From a virus, in IMG/VR virus record IMGVR_UViG_2937098957_000001, positions 1 through 42,318 of that record: 42,318 nt of DNA, one strand, 5' to 3'. This document shows, one piece after another, positions 33,599-41,878 of this stretch; within the stretch, counting starts at the first letter, position 1, and each line of letters starts with the position of its first letter. Below the pieces are notes generated by a model, which was not told where the DNA came from, made no database searches, and saw only the letters and a list, made by a program, of their open reading frames with translations. The position numbers and the translations under genes were made by a program.

Positions 33599-35755
33599 AT
33601 GCCCAGAAACGCTAGCGGCGATTTTACGCTGCCCACGAACGACTCGTCTCCCGCGGAACCCCGCAATGTCATCCGCTCGTCCGATTTCAACGAGCTGATG
33701 ACGGACATTTCGGCTGGTCTGACTGACAGCTTGTCGCGCTCGGGTGATGGCGCCATGCAGGCGAACCTGGCAATGGGTGGCTTTGATATTGCCAATGCAG
33801 GCAATGTAGGTGCTGTCTCTGTATTCGGCGTCACCCCCGGAGATGCCGGTAAGGAAATTCTCGCAGACGCCGTTCAGGCCGATGTGCGTGACTATCTGGA
33901 TGTACCCACCTACGTTTCAACGCGCACCGACCTGAAGGCGCTCGACACAGCTAAAGACACGGTTGCCTACCTCAAAGAGGACGGGCGCCAGGGGATCTTC
34001 CAATGGACGGCCGGCGACTTCTCCGCGCAGGTGGCCGCCGATACGCAGGAGGGCGTTTACGTCAAAGCTGACGCCATCGCCTCGACTTCTGGCGCGTGGG
34101 TGCGTGTCGGTGACCCAACCGTGTACCATTTCGGCGGGTCCGCGAGCGCAAATAGCGCTACCGCAATCTCTGCTATGGCGACAGTCCTGGGATACGTCCG
34201 CTTCCCAGCTGGCGCTACCAAGCTTGGCGCAAATCTGACGATCGATGTTCCCGTCTCATTTCAAGACGCGGCATATGTTACGGTGGACGCTACGTTCACA
34301 CTGACTATCACCGAAGTAATCGACAGCCCGAAGCAGCACATTTTCCGCGGCGACGGGCTAGTTGTCCTTAATCATGACGCGGATACGGGAGAGCCCTCCA
34401 GGCAAATTCATATTTCTTGGTTTGGGGCATTCCCCGGAGAGGATGACGTAGACCAGGCACCTGCGATACAAAAGGCATTTACCGCATTGGGCAATGCCCG
34501 TGAGAGTAAAGTACAATTCGACATCGGTAATTATACCATGATGACGGGCGTTACTGTTACTCGTGGTGCGTGGGTTCTTGGCAGTGGAAACCGACGAACT
34601 GTATTCCTAGTCAAGGGTGATGGCTTCGATGTATTCAATACCGGACACACAGCCTGCCGCTTCTCAGACATCCAGTTTGAAAACCACTCTGACAATGTCT
34701 CTGCTAGAATAAGTCCGTTTATTCGGATTAGCCATGACTTCTGTTTGATCGAGAATGTCTACGCTCAAGAGGCATTCAACCAGATCATCGTTGAGACGGC
34801 GGGAAGTAACTGCACCATCCGTGAATTTAACATGGTGTGGAGAACGTACCCGTTTACTGCCGGTTCTGCGGGGATCCTTGTCCGTGGCTCTGGCTGTAAC
34901 ATCAGTGGGATATTCTCAAACTTCTCGTCTGGTGGCGGCCCAGAGGCTCTTATTGCCGTTGGGACAGGTGCGGGTGCAAACGTCTCCGCTACTTATATCA
35001 ATAACGTCAGCTATATCTCTGCCTCCATCGGCGTCCTGATCCATGGAGATAGCGTTATTATTTCCAGGGGACAGATCACGGGGATAAACTATCGTGGTGG
35101 CTCGGGCAGCGCTCCGCAGGCCGTCAAGTTCCTCACCTCGGGGACTGGGGGTATTTTCGGGTTCACGGTTGACGTTGTTACGGTAAACGGGACTGCAACG
35201 GCGGACCTTACATTCCAGTGCAACGGGAGTGGCGACCTGAAGCAGATCACGGTAGATAACCTCTATAGCTCCGGTTCTTCCGGTAATGGCATAGAGTTTA
35301 TCAGAACGGCTGGAATACTAACCGACATCGTTATTGGAGCCACCGTCAACGTCAGGAATAGAACAAATCCAGTATTTTTCTCTGGGGTTAATTCCGGAAT
35401 TCGAATTGACCCTAGGATCATGGTCGGAGGGGATGTCGCTGGCGTATTCTTCCGGGGCAGCGTTGCCGATGATACGGCCTTCTCGATTGCTCTTGGCCGC
35501 GCGGTATTCTCGGGTACAGCTATCATCACGGGCGGCGTTGTGGAAATGGGGATATTCGGGATACGGGCCGCGCCGACGCCAGCAGTCGGGGAGAATAGGA
35601 TAACTGACGCCAATGTGGTGGCAGTTCCCACGGCTCTCACCGGCACGACGGGAGCAGACGGGAACCTAACACTGGGCGTTCAAGACGGGGTCCTGTATGT
35701 CGAGAACCGAACTGGGAGTGCCCAGAATATCAGCCTCACCGTGATGGGGGCTTAG
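33599..35755 (+). CDS. Tailspike with predicted right-handed beta-helix (pectate-lyase-like depolymerase) domain
   Basis: 718 aa. The N-terminus MPRNASG ... DSLSRSGDGAM is homologous to the fibre. The repetitive G/N/S/V-rich C-terminal two-thirds are typical of beta-helix spikes (inference). Confidence 0.65.
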   Translation: MPRNASGDFTLPTNDSSPAEPRNVIRSSDFNELMTDISAGLTDSLSRSGDGAMQANLAMGGFDIANAGNVGAVSVFGVTPGDAGKEILADAVQADVRDYLDVPTYVSTRTDLKALDTAKDTVAYLKEDGRQGIFQWTAGDFSAQVAADTQEGVYVKADAIASTSGAWVRVGDPTVYHFGGSASANSATAISAMATVLGYVRFPAGATKLGANLTIDVPVSFQDAAYVTVDATFTLTITEVIDSPKQHIFRGDGLVVLNHDADTGEPSRQIHISWFGAFPGEDDVDQAPAIQKAFTALGNARESKVQFDIGNYTMMTGVTVTRGAWVLGSGNRRTVFLVKGDGFDVFNTGHTACRFSDIQFENHSDNVSARISPFIRISHDFCLIENVYAQEAFNQIIVETAGSNCTIREFNMVWRTYPFTAGSAGILVRGSGCNISGIFSNFSSGGGPEALIAVGTGAGANVSATYINNVSYISASIGVLIHGDSVIISRGQITGINYRGGSGSAPQAVKFLTSGTGGIFGFTVDVVTVNGTATADLTFQCNGSGDLKQITVDNLYSSGSSGNGIEFIRTAGILTDIVIGATVNVRNRTNPVFFSGVNSGIRIDPRIMVGGDVAGVFFRGSVADDTAFSIALGRAVFSGTAIITGGVVEMGIFGIRAAPTPAVGENRITDANVVAVPTALTGTTGADGNLTLGVQDGVLYVENRTGSAQNISLTVMGA

Positions 35756-36075
35756 TGTCGGGAGAAGGGGTGGTCCGTCCGTCGATGTTCCGTGTAGATG
35801 TACCCGGCGTCTTCGACTTCTTTTTCCGGATCTTCGGGGCCTTCTTCTGGCTCTTTCATGACGAAGAAAACACCAGCCGCACAAGCGATAAATAGCGCCG
35901 CCCTGTATCCGTCGCTAGGCAGCAGAAACGAAATGCCAGCGGCGGCGAGCGCCAAACTCAAAACAACTCGCATGTTTGCAATCCCATATGAACGGGGGAG
36001 GGGCCGGCTCTCTCCCGACGCATCTCTCTCGGAGTTGCCGAATTCGCCAATCTCTAGGTCCATAACTTTAGCCAT
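35752..36075 (-). CDS. Small membrane protein co-transcribed with the glycosyltransferase
   Basis: ATG 36075 follows AGGAGA. MRVVLSLALAAAGISFLL ... AALFIACAAGVFFV has two TM segments. Acidic C-terminus. Confidence 0.55.
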   Translation of the reverse strand: MAKVMDLEIGEFGNSERDASGESRPLPRSYGIANMRVVLSLALAAAGISFLLPSDGYRAALFIACAAGVFFVMKEPEEGPEDPEKEVEDAGYIYTEHRRTDHPFSRH

Positions 36076-36085
36076 TGGTCTCTCC

Positions 36086-38395
36086 TCAAAGCTGCACAGG
36101 GAATTCATTCTCACCAATCACGCGCTTTAGGAAGGGGTATTTTACCACAAGGAGGCGTTTTCTCACTCTCCGGTTGCCTGGAAGCTGTCGCGCTGCGGTC
36201 TTCAGGTGCAAAATCGCCTTGTCCCTGTTCCCGGCGCGGATGTGCATTTCGGCGGCCGAGCGCAGAAGGTTGGGCTTGGAATTGTTCTTCCGATACTCGG
36301 TCTCGAAATGGGCCGCTGCTTCGGTGAATTTCCCGCTGGTGACGAAATTAGCGATCGAGGCAGCGGCGGCTTTTGCGGCACTTTTTGCCACGGGCTTTAC
36401 TGCTGCACCGTTACCATTCAGGTTTGCATGGTAGCGGTACGGATCGAAAAGAACCGACCGGCGAAGATCGAAGGCCGGATACTGATAAATAGCCGGCGCG
36501 TATCCTGGAATACGGACCTCGGTGAACCTGATGTCCTTGACCTTGGTCCGGTTCGAAAGATTGCTGAAAGTCGCTACTTCCGCCTTCCAGTCAGCGAAGC
36601 TGTAAAGCTCGTTCAACAGGTAGTGGAAGAACTGAACGACCTTGTTTTTGTCAACTGGGGCGACGTGCCGAAGGGTCTCGGCCATCTGCTCGGCATCAAC
36701 AAACGGTTCATTTACCCCGTCGATCGAATAGAAGCAGGGGCCGTAGTAAAACACACGCTTGTTGAATGCCATCGAGATTACGCCAACGCCGGAGTTAAAC
36801 AGGGCAACGGCTCCGGCCGCTTCGAGCAGATCATGCACATGGTAGGCGTCCGCGCAGACAGCAGAGGACAGTTCGAACTTCTGAACCGCCAGAGGATGGT
36901 TCTTGTAGACCATCACCCAATCGCTCGGCAGAGACAGCGACAGGCGTTTCAGTTCTAGGAGGTAGGCATCATATTCCCGGCGCTTCTCCGAAAAGAGCGT
37001 CGTTACCGTGTCGTCCGCGAGCTGTAGCGGGACGAATAGGATCTTCGCCCCATCGGGGATATTCAGACGGTGGCGCAACAGGGCCGCGCCAACGCGACCG
37101 GACTGCTTTTCAAGGGAGTGCTCGCCGAACCGTATGTCGGCAATATAGGCCTTTACGGATTGCTCCTGCTCCTCCGTCAGCGGCTTGGCCCAATGTTCTT
37201 CGCGGTAGCTGGGGCTTTCAACGCAGAGGCCGCCTTTGTCGAAGTAGAGGGACCGGGGCAGGGCGCCGCGCTCGCCGACGATCGGTTCTATCCCGAGATT
37301 GCGGAGCGCGTCATAGACCTTCTTTCGCCAAGGGAGGCCATAGGGGTTCCACATGAGAACAGACCGGGGGTTCTGCTCGGCGATGTCTGCGGCGTAACGC
37401 TCGGGGTCTGCTCGGCCGTTCTCGTCAATGATCGTGGGGTTTGCCAGCGCATGGAGAACCGCTTCGTTGGCAATGTGGGGATTGAATCCCATGATGATGT
37501 CGGGCGGCTGGTTTGGATCACGGCGCGCCGGCACCTTTCTGGTCGCTTGATACCGTTCGGCCTTCTCTGAGGCCAGCTTGATGTTCGATTGGCCGCTCCG
37601 CCATGACAGGGGCTCATGAAAGAGGTGGAACGCATACATGCCCTTGCGGGCGAGATAATCGCCGTGCATCCGGTAGAGCGCACGCCAGCCATCAAATTGC
37701 GTCGTGTCGTTCAGGTTCCACGTCTTGGTGACCTGAAAGTCCCGCGGCTTTTCGATCCGGTCGTTGACCAGCAGGAGCCGGAACACAAAGTCCCGGTCTT
37801 CGCCGCCCCATCCTGCAAAATTCTCATCGAAGGCGCCGACGTAAAGGGCGGTTTTGCGTCTGACGGCGATGACGGAACTTGCGGGAGCGTAGTGTTGCAT
37901 TGACGAATTGGCATCGTGGCCTCGCGGATCTTCCAGCAGCGCGCCGGTAAGAGCCCGCTCGTACTCGGCATCCATGCCGTTGTTGAAGACGCGCTCGGAC
38001 TGCGAGGCGGAAAGATAAACGGCCGGGACAGTCAGGAAATTGAAGGGGGTTTCGTCTAGCAGCCCCAGTTCTCGGATCATGCACTGGTAGAAATCGGACT
38101 TATAGGCAAGGTCGATATCTTCGAAGCAAACCCACTCGGTTTTCGAGGCGTCGATGCCTACGTTCCGAGCGCGGGAAAGGGAGAAAGGCTCCTCCGCTGT
38201 ATCCAGGCGGATGAACTCATAGCCGCGAGGCTCGCAAAACGCGCGGATATCCTCGGCGACCGTGACCGGGCTTCCGTCGTCAACGATGATCGTGTGAACG
38301 CTCTGCAGATCGAGGGCATCCCTCAGTTCAAGACGCCTTCTGTAATCGGAAAAGTCATCCGTTCTGATGGAAATGATCAGCGTAATCGCGTTCAT
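36086..38395 (-). CDS. Multidomain glycosyltransferase: GT2 + KpsC/KpsS-type capsule-synthesis-like domain + TPR-like tail
   Basis: N-terminus: ITLIISIRT ... IIVDDGSP ... FEDIDL ... GWGGEDRDF (GT2). Middle: VGERGALPRSLYFDKGGL ... ILFVPLQLADDTV (Capsule_synth-like). C-terminus: GKFTEAAAHFE ... AGNRDKAILHLKTAA (TPR-like). Confidence 0.75.
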   Translation of the reverse strand: MNAITLIISIRTDDFSDYRRRLELRDALDLQSVHTIIVDDGSPVTVAEDIRAFCEPRGYEFIRLDTAEEPFSLSRARNVGIDASKTEWVCFEDIDLAYKSDFYQCMIRELGLLDETPFNFLTVPAVYLSASQSERVFNNGMDAEYERALTGALLEDPRGHDANSSMQHYAPASSVIAVRRKTALYVGAFDENFAGWGGEDRDFVFRLLLVNDRIEKPRDFQVTKTWNLNDTTQFDGWRALYRMHGDYLARKGMYAFHLFHEPLSWRSGQSNIKLASEKAERYQATRKVPARRDPNQPPDIIMGFNPHIANEAVLHALANPTIIDENGRADPERYAADIAEQNPRSVLMWNPYGLPWRKKVYDALRNLGIEPIVGERGALPRSLYFDKGGLCVESPSYREEHWAKPLTEEQEQSVKAYIADIRFGEHSLEKQSGRVGAALLRHRLNIPDGAKILFVPLQLADDTVTTLFSEKRREYDAYLLELKRLSLSLPSDWVMVYKNHPLAVQKFELSSAVCADAYHVHDLLEAAGAVALFNSGVGVISMAFNKRVFYYGPCFYSIDGVNEPFVDAEQMAETLRHVAPVDKNKVVQFFHYLLNELYSFADWKAEVATFSNLSNRTKVKDIRFTEVRIPGYAPAIYQYPAFDLRRSVLFDPYRYHANLNGNGAAVKPVAKSAAKAAAASIANFVTSGKFTEAAAHFETEYRKNNSKPNLLRSAAEMHIRAGNRDKAILHLKTAARQLPGNRRVRKRLLVVKYPFLKRVIGENEFPVQL

Positions 38396-38427
38396 TTGCG
38401 GAGCGGCCCTCGTTGTGGAAGGCGTCC

Positions 38428-38456
38428 CCGATATCAGCGCTGGCAGGAGGTTTCAA
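38428..38456 (-). promoter_or_regulatory. Candidate sigma70-type promoter for the glycosyltransferase operon
   Basis: Minus strand reads TTGAAA-N17-TATCGG, about 35 nt upstream of the ATG at 38395. Confidence 0.25.
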
Positions 38457-38494
38457 CCTTCAGTTTCGACTGGCTGCCATGATTTGAATTCGCG

Positions 38495-38517
38495 CCCCGC
38501 CATCGAGCGGGGTTTTT
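38495..38517 (+). terminator. Intrinsic terminator in the divergent intergenic region
   Basis: CCCCGC-CATCGA-GCGGGG, followed by TTTTTCTTT. Confidence 0.6.
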
Positions 38518-38549
38518 CTTTGCCCAATCTCCAAACATTCGAGGTGACC

Positions 38550-39779
38550 ATGGCCCTTGCGCCCGTCCCAGACGACGCGTTGCAGGAAACAGTTTCGCTG
38601 TATCTGGCAAACGGCAACAACCAACAGAAAACGGCGGACGCGCTAGGACTGGCGCGTTCTACAGTGCAAAACAGGCTCACACAGGCGGCAAGAAAGGGGC
38701 TTCTCCCGCCAGCAGTGCCGGCTATGCCGGGATTTGAGGTCACCCGCCTCCAGACTGGCCCACGCGGCACGACGATTGAGCAGCGCCCGGAGAAGGGCGA
38801 AGTCTTCGAAATGCCGGAAGGCCACCGCATCAAGGGCGTCTCCGCCTTCATCGATCCTGACGGCCGGTTGCGTGGCCAGTGGGTGAAAACGAAGGAGAAC
38901 GAGCTAGACCCGCAAACCATCGCAGATTTCTTCAAGGGCGCCTTTCAAGATTACGAGGCCCCGAGCCGTCCGACCATCGCAGCCCCCGACAGCTTCGACG
39001 GGGATCTGCTGACGCTCATTCCCTGCAATGACTGGCACATCAATCTCCAGGTATGGGGCAAGGAGGCAAGCGAGAACTGGGATCTGAAGATTGCCGAGGA
39101 CACGATCGGAACAGGCATTGAGGACGCCATCGAGCGCTCGCCATCCGCAGGGGTCGCCATTGTTCTCGGAGGAGGCGACCTTCTCCATGCCGACAACAAC
39201 GAGAACCGGACAGCCAAATCAGGCAACGTCCTGCAGGCAGACCAGCGGCACCAGAAGGGGCTCGAAGTCGCCATACGGCTGAAGGTCCGCACGGTTGATG
39301 CGGCGCTGAAGAAGAATGCCCGGGTTATCGTCCGGATCCTCCCGGGCAACCACGATGAATATTCGGCCATCGCGGTCGCTTATTTCCTGCTCGCCTATTA
39401 CCGCAACGAGCCGCGGGTGACCGTCGATGTCGATCCGTCACTCTTCTTCTGGTACGTGCACGGCAAGGTGATGCTGGGCGGAACGCACGGCCACACCGTC
39501 AAGCTGCAGGATATGGCCTCGATCATGGCCCACCGCCGCGCGGAAGACTGGGGCAAGACGAAGTTCCGGTACATCCACGGCTTCCACGTTCATCACAAGC
39601 AGAAGTTCGTCACGGAAGGCGAGGGTGTCGTGATGGAGAGCCATCAAGCGCCGATCCCGATGGATGCCTGGCACTATGGCGCCGGCTTCAACTCCGGGCG
39701 CTCCCTCCAGACAATCACTTATCATGCGGAGTTTGGCGAAATCAGCCGAGTACGCCGCGCAATCCTTGAGGCCGCGTAA
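38550..39779 (+). CDS. HTH domain fused to a calcineurin-like metallophosphoesterase
   Basis: HTH: NQQKTADALGLARSTVQNRLTQAARKG. MPE motifs in order: NDWH, GGGDLLH, PGNHDE, GGTHGH, HGFHVHH. ATG 38550 follows GAGGTG. Confidence 0.7.
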   Translation: MALAPVPDDALQETVSLYLANGNNQQKTADALGLARSTVQNRLTQAARKGLLPPAVPAMPGFEVTRLQTGPRGTTIEQRPEKGEVFEMPEGHRIKGVSAFIDPDGRLRGQWVKTKENELDPQTIADFFKGAFQDYEAPSRPTIAAPDSFDGDLLTLIPCNDWHINLQVWGKEASENWDLKIAEDTIGTGIEDAIERSPSAGVAIVLGGGDLLHADNNENRTAKSGNVLQADQRHQKGLEVAIRLKVRTVDAALKKNARVIVRILPGNHDEYSAIAVAYFLLAYYRNEPRVTVDVDPSLFFWYVHGKVMLGGTHGHTVKLQDMASIMAHRRAEDWGKTKFRYIHGFHVHHKQKFVTEGEGVVMESHQAPIPMDAWHYGAGFNSGRSLQTITYHAEFGEISRVRRAILEAA

Positions 39780-39943
39780 TGGAACAAGCCAAGCAATTGA
39801 ACACCCGTCTTCATATTCGCGTGAGCAAGGACGGGGCGAATACATTCTATGAGCTGATGGATGGCCCCATGAAGCTCAAAGACGTTTCCAAGGCCGACAT
39901 CGTAGAGATGCTGATGCAGTTCGCATCGAGCCTCCGCCACTAA
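39779..39943 (+). CDS. Small hypothetical protein (54 aa), not in the ORF track
   Basis: TAATG overlap with the phosphoesterase stop. MEQAKQLNTRLHIRVSKDGANTFYELMDGPMKLKDVSKADIVEMLMQFASSLRH. Confidence 0.5.
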   Translation: MEQAKQLNTRLHIRVSKDGANTFYELMDGPMKLKDVSKADIVEMLMQFASSLRH

Positions 39944-39966
39944 CCTCCTCAAAATCAGGAAATTCC

Positions 39967-40758
39967 ATGAAACGCTCCGAGTTTTTCTCGGCGGCGCGCT
40001 CTGGCGTGTTCGCCGGCAAGCTGTCTCAGCCTCAGGTGGACGGCCTCGATGCCATCCTGGACGAGGCAGAGAAGCGCGGCACCCCCATTCAGCACCTCGC
40101 CTATATCCTCGCCTCTGCGCACCATGAGACGGGCGGACGGTTTCAGCCGATCGAGGAATACATGTTCTACTCGGCCAAGCGCCTGACGCAGGTATGGCCG
40201 AAGCGTTTTCCGACAATCGCCGCAGCTCAGCCCTACGCGAACAATTCCAAGGGCCTCGCGAACAAGGTCTACGGCGGCCGGATGGGGAATGCCTTAAACG
40301 AGGGCTGGACCTACCGCGGGCGCGGACTGATCCAGATCACCGGCAAGGACAATTACGCCAAGTTCGGCATTGCGACCGTTCCCGACAAGGCTCTGCAGAT
40401 GCCAACCTCCGTCATGATCCTGTTCAACGGGATGGAGAGGGGACTTTTCACCGGCAAAAAGCTCTCCGACTACCTCAACGACAAGAAGACCGATTATACC
40501 GCCGCCCGCGCCATCGTGAACGGCGACACGAAGACGAACGGCGCCAAGATAGCCGCGACTGCCAAAGCGTTTGAGAAGGCGCTCAGGCTGTCCGGATACA
40601 ACGGCACGCCATTCCTAGACCATGTCCCCGTCACGCCAGAACCAGGGCCCGCATCCAAGGCTCGCGGCATTGCCGCCTTGATAGCTGCTGCTCTGCTCGC
40701 TGCAGGTGCATGGCTCGCGTCTATCCCCTGCAACCTCTTCGGAGTGTTCTGCCAATGA
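39967..40758 (+). CDS. Glycoside hydrolase family 19 (chitinase-like) endolysin with C-terminal hydrophobic segment
   Basis: AHHETGGRFQPIEE ... VYGGRMGN ... GWTYRGRGLIQITGKDNY. C-terminus GIAALIAAALLAAGAWLASIP. Confidence 0.8.
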   Translation: MKRSEFFSAARSGVFAGKLSQPQVDGLDAILDEAEKRGTPIQHLAYILASAHHETGGRFQPIEEYMFYSAKRLTQVWPKRFPTIAAAQPYANNSKGLANKVYGGRMGNALNEGWTYRGRGLIQITGKDNYAKFGIATVPDKALQMPTSVMILFNGMERGLFTGKKLSDYLNDKKTDYTAARAIVNGDTKTNGAKIAATAKAFEKALRLSGYNGTPFLDHVPVTPEPGPASKARGIAALIAAALLAAGAWLASIPCNLFGVFCQ

Positions 40759-40949
40759 CCGTCGCTGTCCTCTCTCGTATCGCGCTGCGATACATCTCCG
40801 GATACCTCGTCTTCAAAGGCCTCGTTCCGCAAGAGATTGCTGACATGATCGCGAATGATCCCGAGTTGGCCGCTAGTCTCGGCGTTGCGATCATGGTCGT
40901 AGCCGAGGGCGCTTACGCGCTGGCGAAACGCCTCGGCTGGAGCACCTGA
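40755..40949 (+). CDS. Holin-like small membrane protein
   Basis: ATGA overlap with the endolysin. 64 aa with two hydrophobic segments. Confidence 0.45.
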   Translation: MTVAVLSRIALRYISGYLVFKGLVPQEIADMIANDPELAASLGVAIMVVAEGAYALAKRLGWST

Positions 40950-40950
40950 C

Positions 40951-41190
40951 ATGCTCCTCGCCCTCTTCGCCCGCATCAAGGGGTATGCCGCCGCTGCGAT
41001 CGGCGCCGCGATATTCCTGACCTTCGCCTATTTCCGTGCCCGCCAGGACGGGAAGAACGCCGCCATGCTGGAGCAAGCCAAAAAGCGCGCCGAGGCAATC
41101 AAGCAGAAAAAGGAAACCGACGATGAAGTGGATCGCATGGGCACTGATCGCCGTCGCGATGAGCTTGGCCGCTGGATGCGCGACAAGTAG
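40951..41190 (+). CDS. i-spanin (Rz-like)
   Basis: N-terminal TM (AAAIGAAIFLTFAYF) plus a charged coiled coil. The lipoprotein ORF overlaps its 3' end. Confidence 0.65.
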   Translation: MLLALFARIKGYAAAAIGAAIFLTFAYFRARQDGKNAAMLEQAKKRAEAIKQKKETDDEVDRMGTDRRRDELGRWMRDK

Positions 41191-41317
41191 CGGCGACTTC
41201 TGCCAAATCGCCAGCCCAATTCGCCCGTCTGTCAAGGACAATCTGACGGACGGAACTCAATCGCAAATTCTCAAGCTGAACCGCTACGGCGAAAAGGTTT
41301 GCAAGTGGAAACCGTGA
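41123..41317 (+). CDS. o-spanin lipoprotein (Rz1-like), overlapped arrangement
   Basis: MKWIAWALIAVAMSLAAGC lipobox. Starts inside the i-spanin gene in another frame. Confidence 0.65.
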   Translation: MKWIAWALIAVAMSLAAGCATSSGDFCQIASPIRPSVKDNLTDGTQSQILKLNRYGEKVCKWKP

Positions 41318-41330
41318 AAGGACCGTGCAC

Positions 41331-41648
41331 ATGAACCGTGAATTCCTCGCCTGGCTTTCCGTCTTCGCCGGCCTGTTCCTCGCCGCCATCTGCTGGCTGA
41401 TCGCGTATCCGTCCTATGCGCAGGAACAACAGGTCTGCGGCCCGCGGCGCCAAGTCATCGACAGCCTCAAAAAGCATTACGGCGAGGAGGAACGCTGGTA
41501 CGGTATCGCGACGAATAAGAAGGCAACCGTCTACCTCCTGCTCGTCAGCAAAAATGGCTCATGGACGATGTTGAGGGTCCATCCCGACGTTGCGTGCGGC
41601 GTTGCCTCCGGGACGGACTCCACGCTGATGTTTGGAGAGCCGGCATGA
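41331..41648 (+). CDS. Exported/membrane hypothetical protein
   Basis: Signal-like N-terminus LAWLSVFAGLFLAAICWLIAYPSYAQE. ORF track start 41325. Confidence 0.55.
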   Translation: MNREFLAWLSVFAGLFLAAICWLIAYPSYAQEQQVCGPRRQVIDSLKKHYGEEERWYGIATNKKATVYLLLVSKNGSWTMLRVHPDVACGVASGTDSTLMFGEPA

Positions 41649-41878
41649 ACGTAGAGATAGATACGCGAGACAGGGTTGTGAGAATGGAAGTCGAGCTGAA
41701 GGCGCTGAAAGAAGACGTAGACAAAATGGGCGCCAAGGTTGACGAGATACACACTCTGTTGACCGAGGCGAGGGGCGCACAGAAGGCGGTGAGGTTCCTC
41801 ATCTGGCTTTCCGGAACGTCGGTGTTCGTCTGGGTGATGACCTACTACAAGGCGCTCGTGGCGCTCTTTAAGGGCTAG
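41645..41878 (+). CDS. Coiled-coil protein with C-terminal TM anchor
   Basis: ATGA overlap. VRFLIWLSGTSVFVWVMTYY. Confidence 0.55.
   Translation: MNVEIDTRDRVVRMEVELKALKEDVDKMGAKVDEIHTLLTEARGAQKAVRFLIWLSGTSVFVWVMTYYKALVALFKG

Noticed and set aside
36206-37903. Plus ORFs 36206..36958, 37070..37570 and 37616..37903 inside the glycosyltransferase gene
   Set aside because: They are antisense to a 769-aa ORF with recognisable domain motifs along its whole length.
38367-38549. N-terminal extension of the phosphoesterase ORF (track start 38367)
   Set aside because: It would overlap the glycosyltransferase start, run through the divergent promoter region and the intrinsic terminator, and has no SD. 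ATG 38550 follows GAGGTG.
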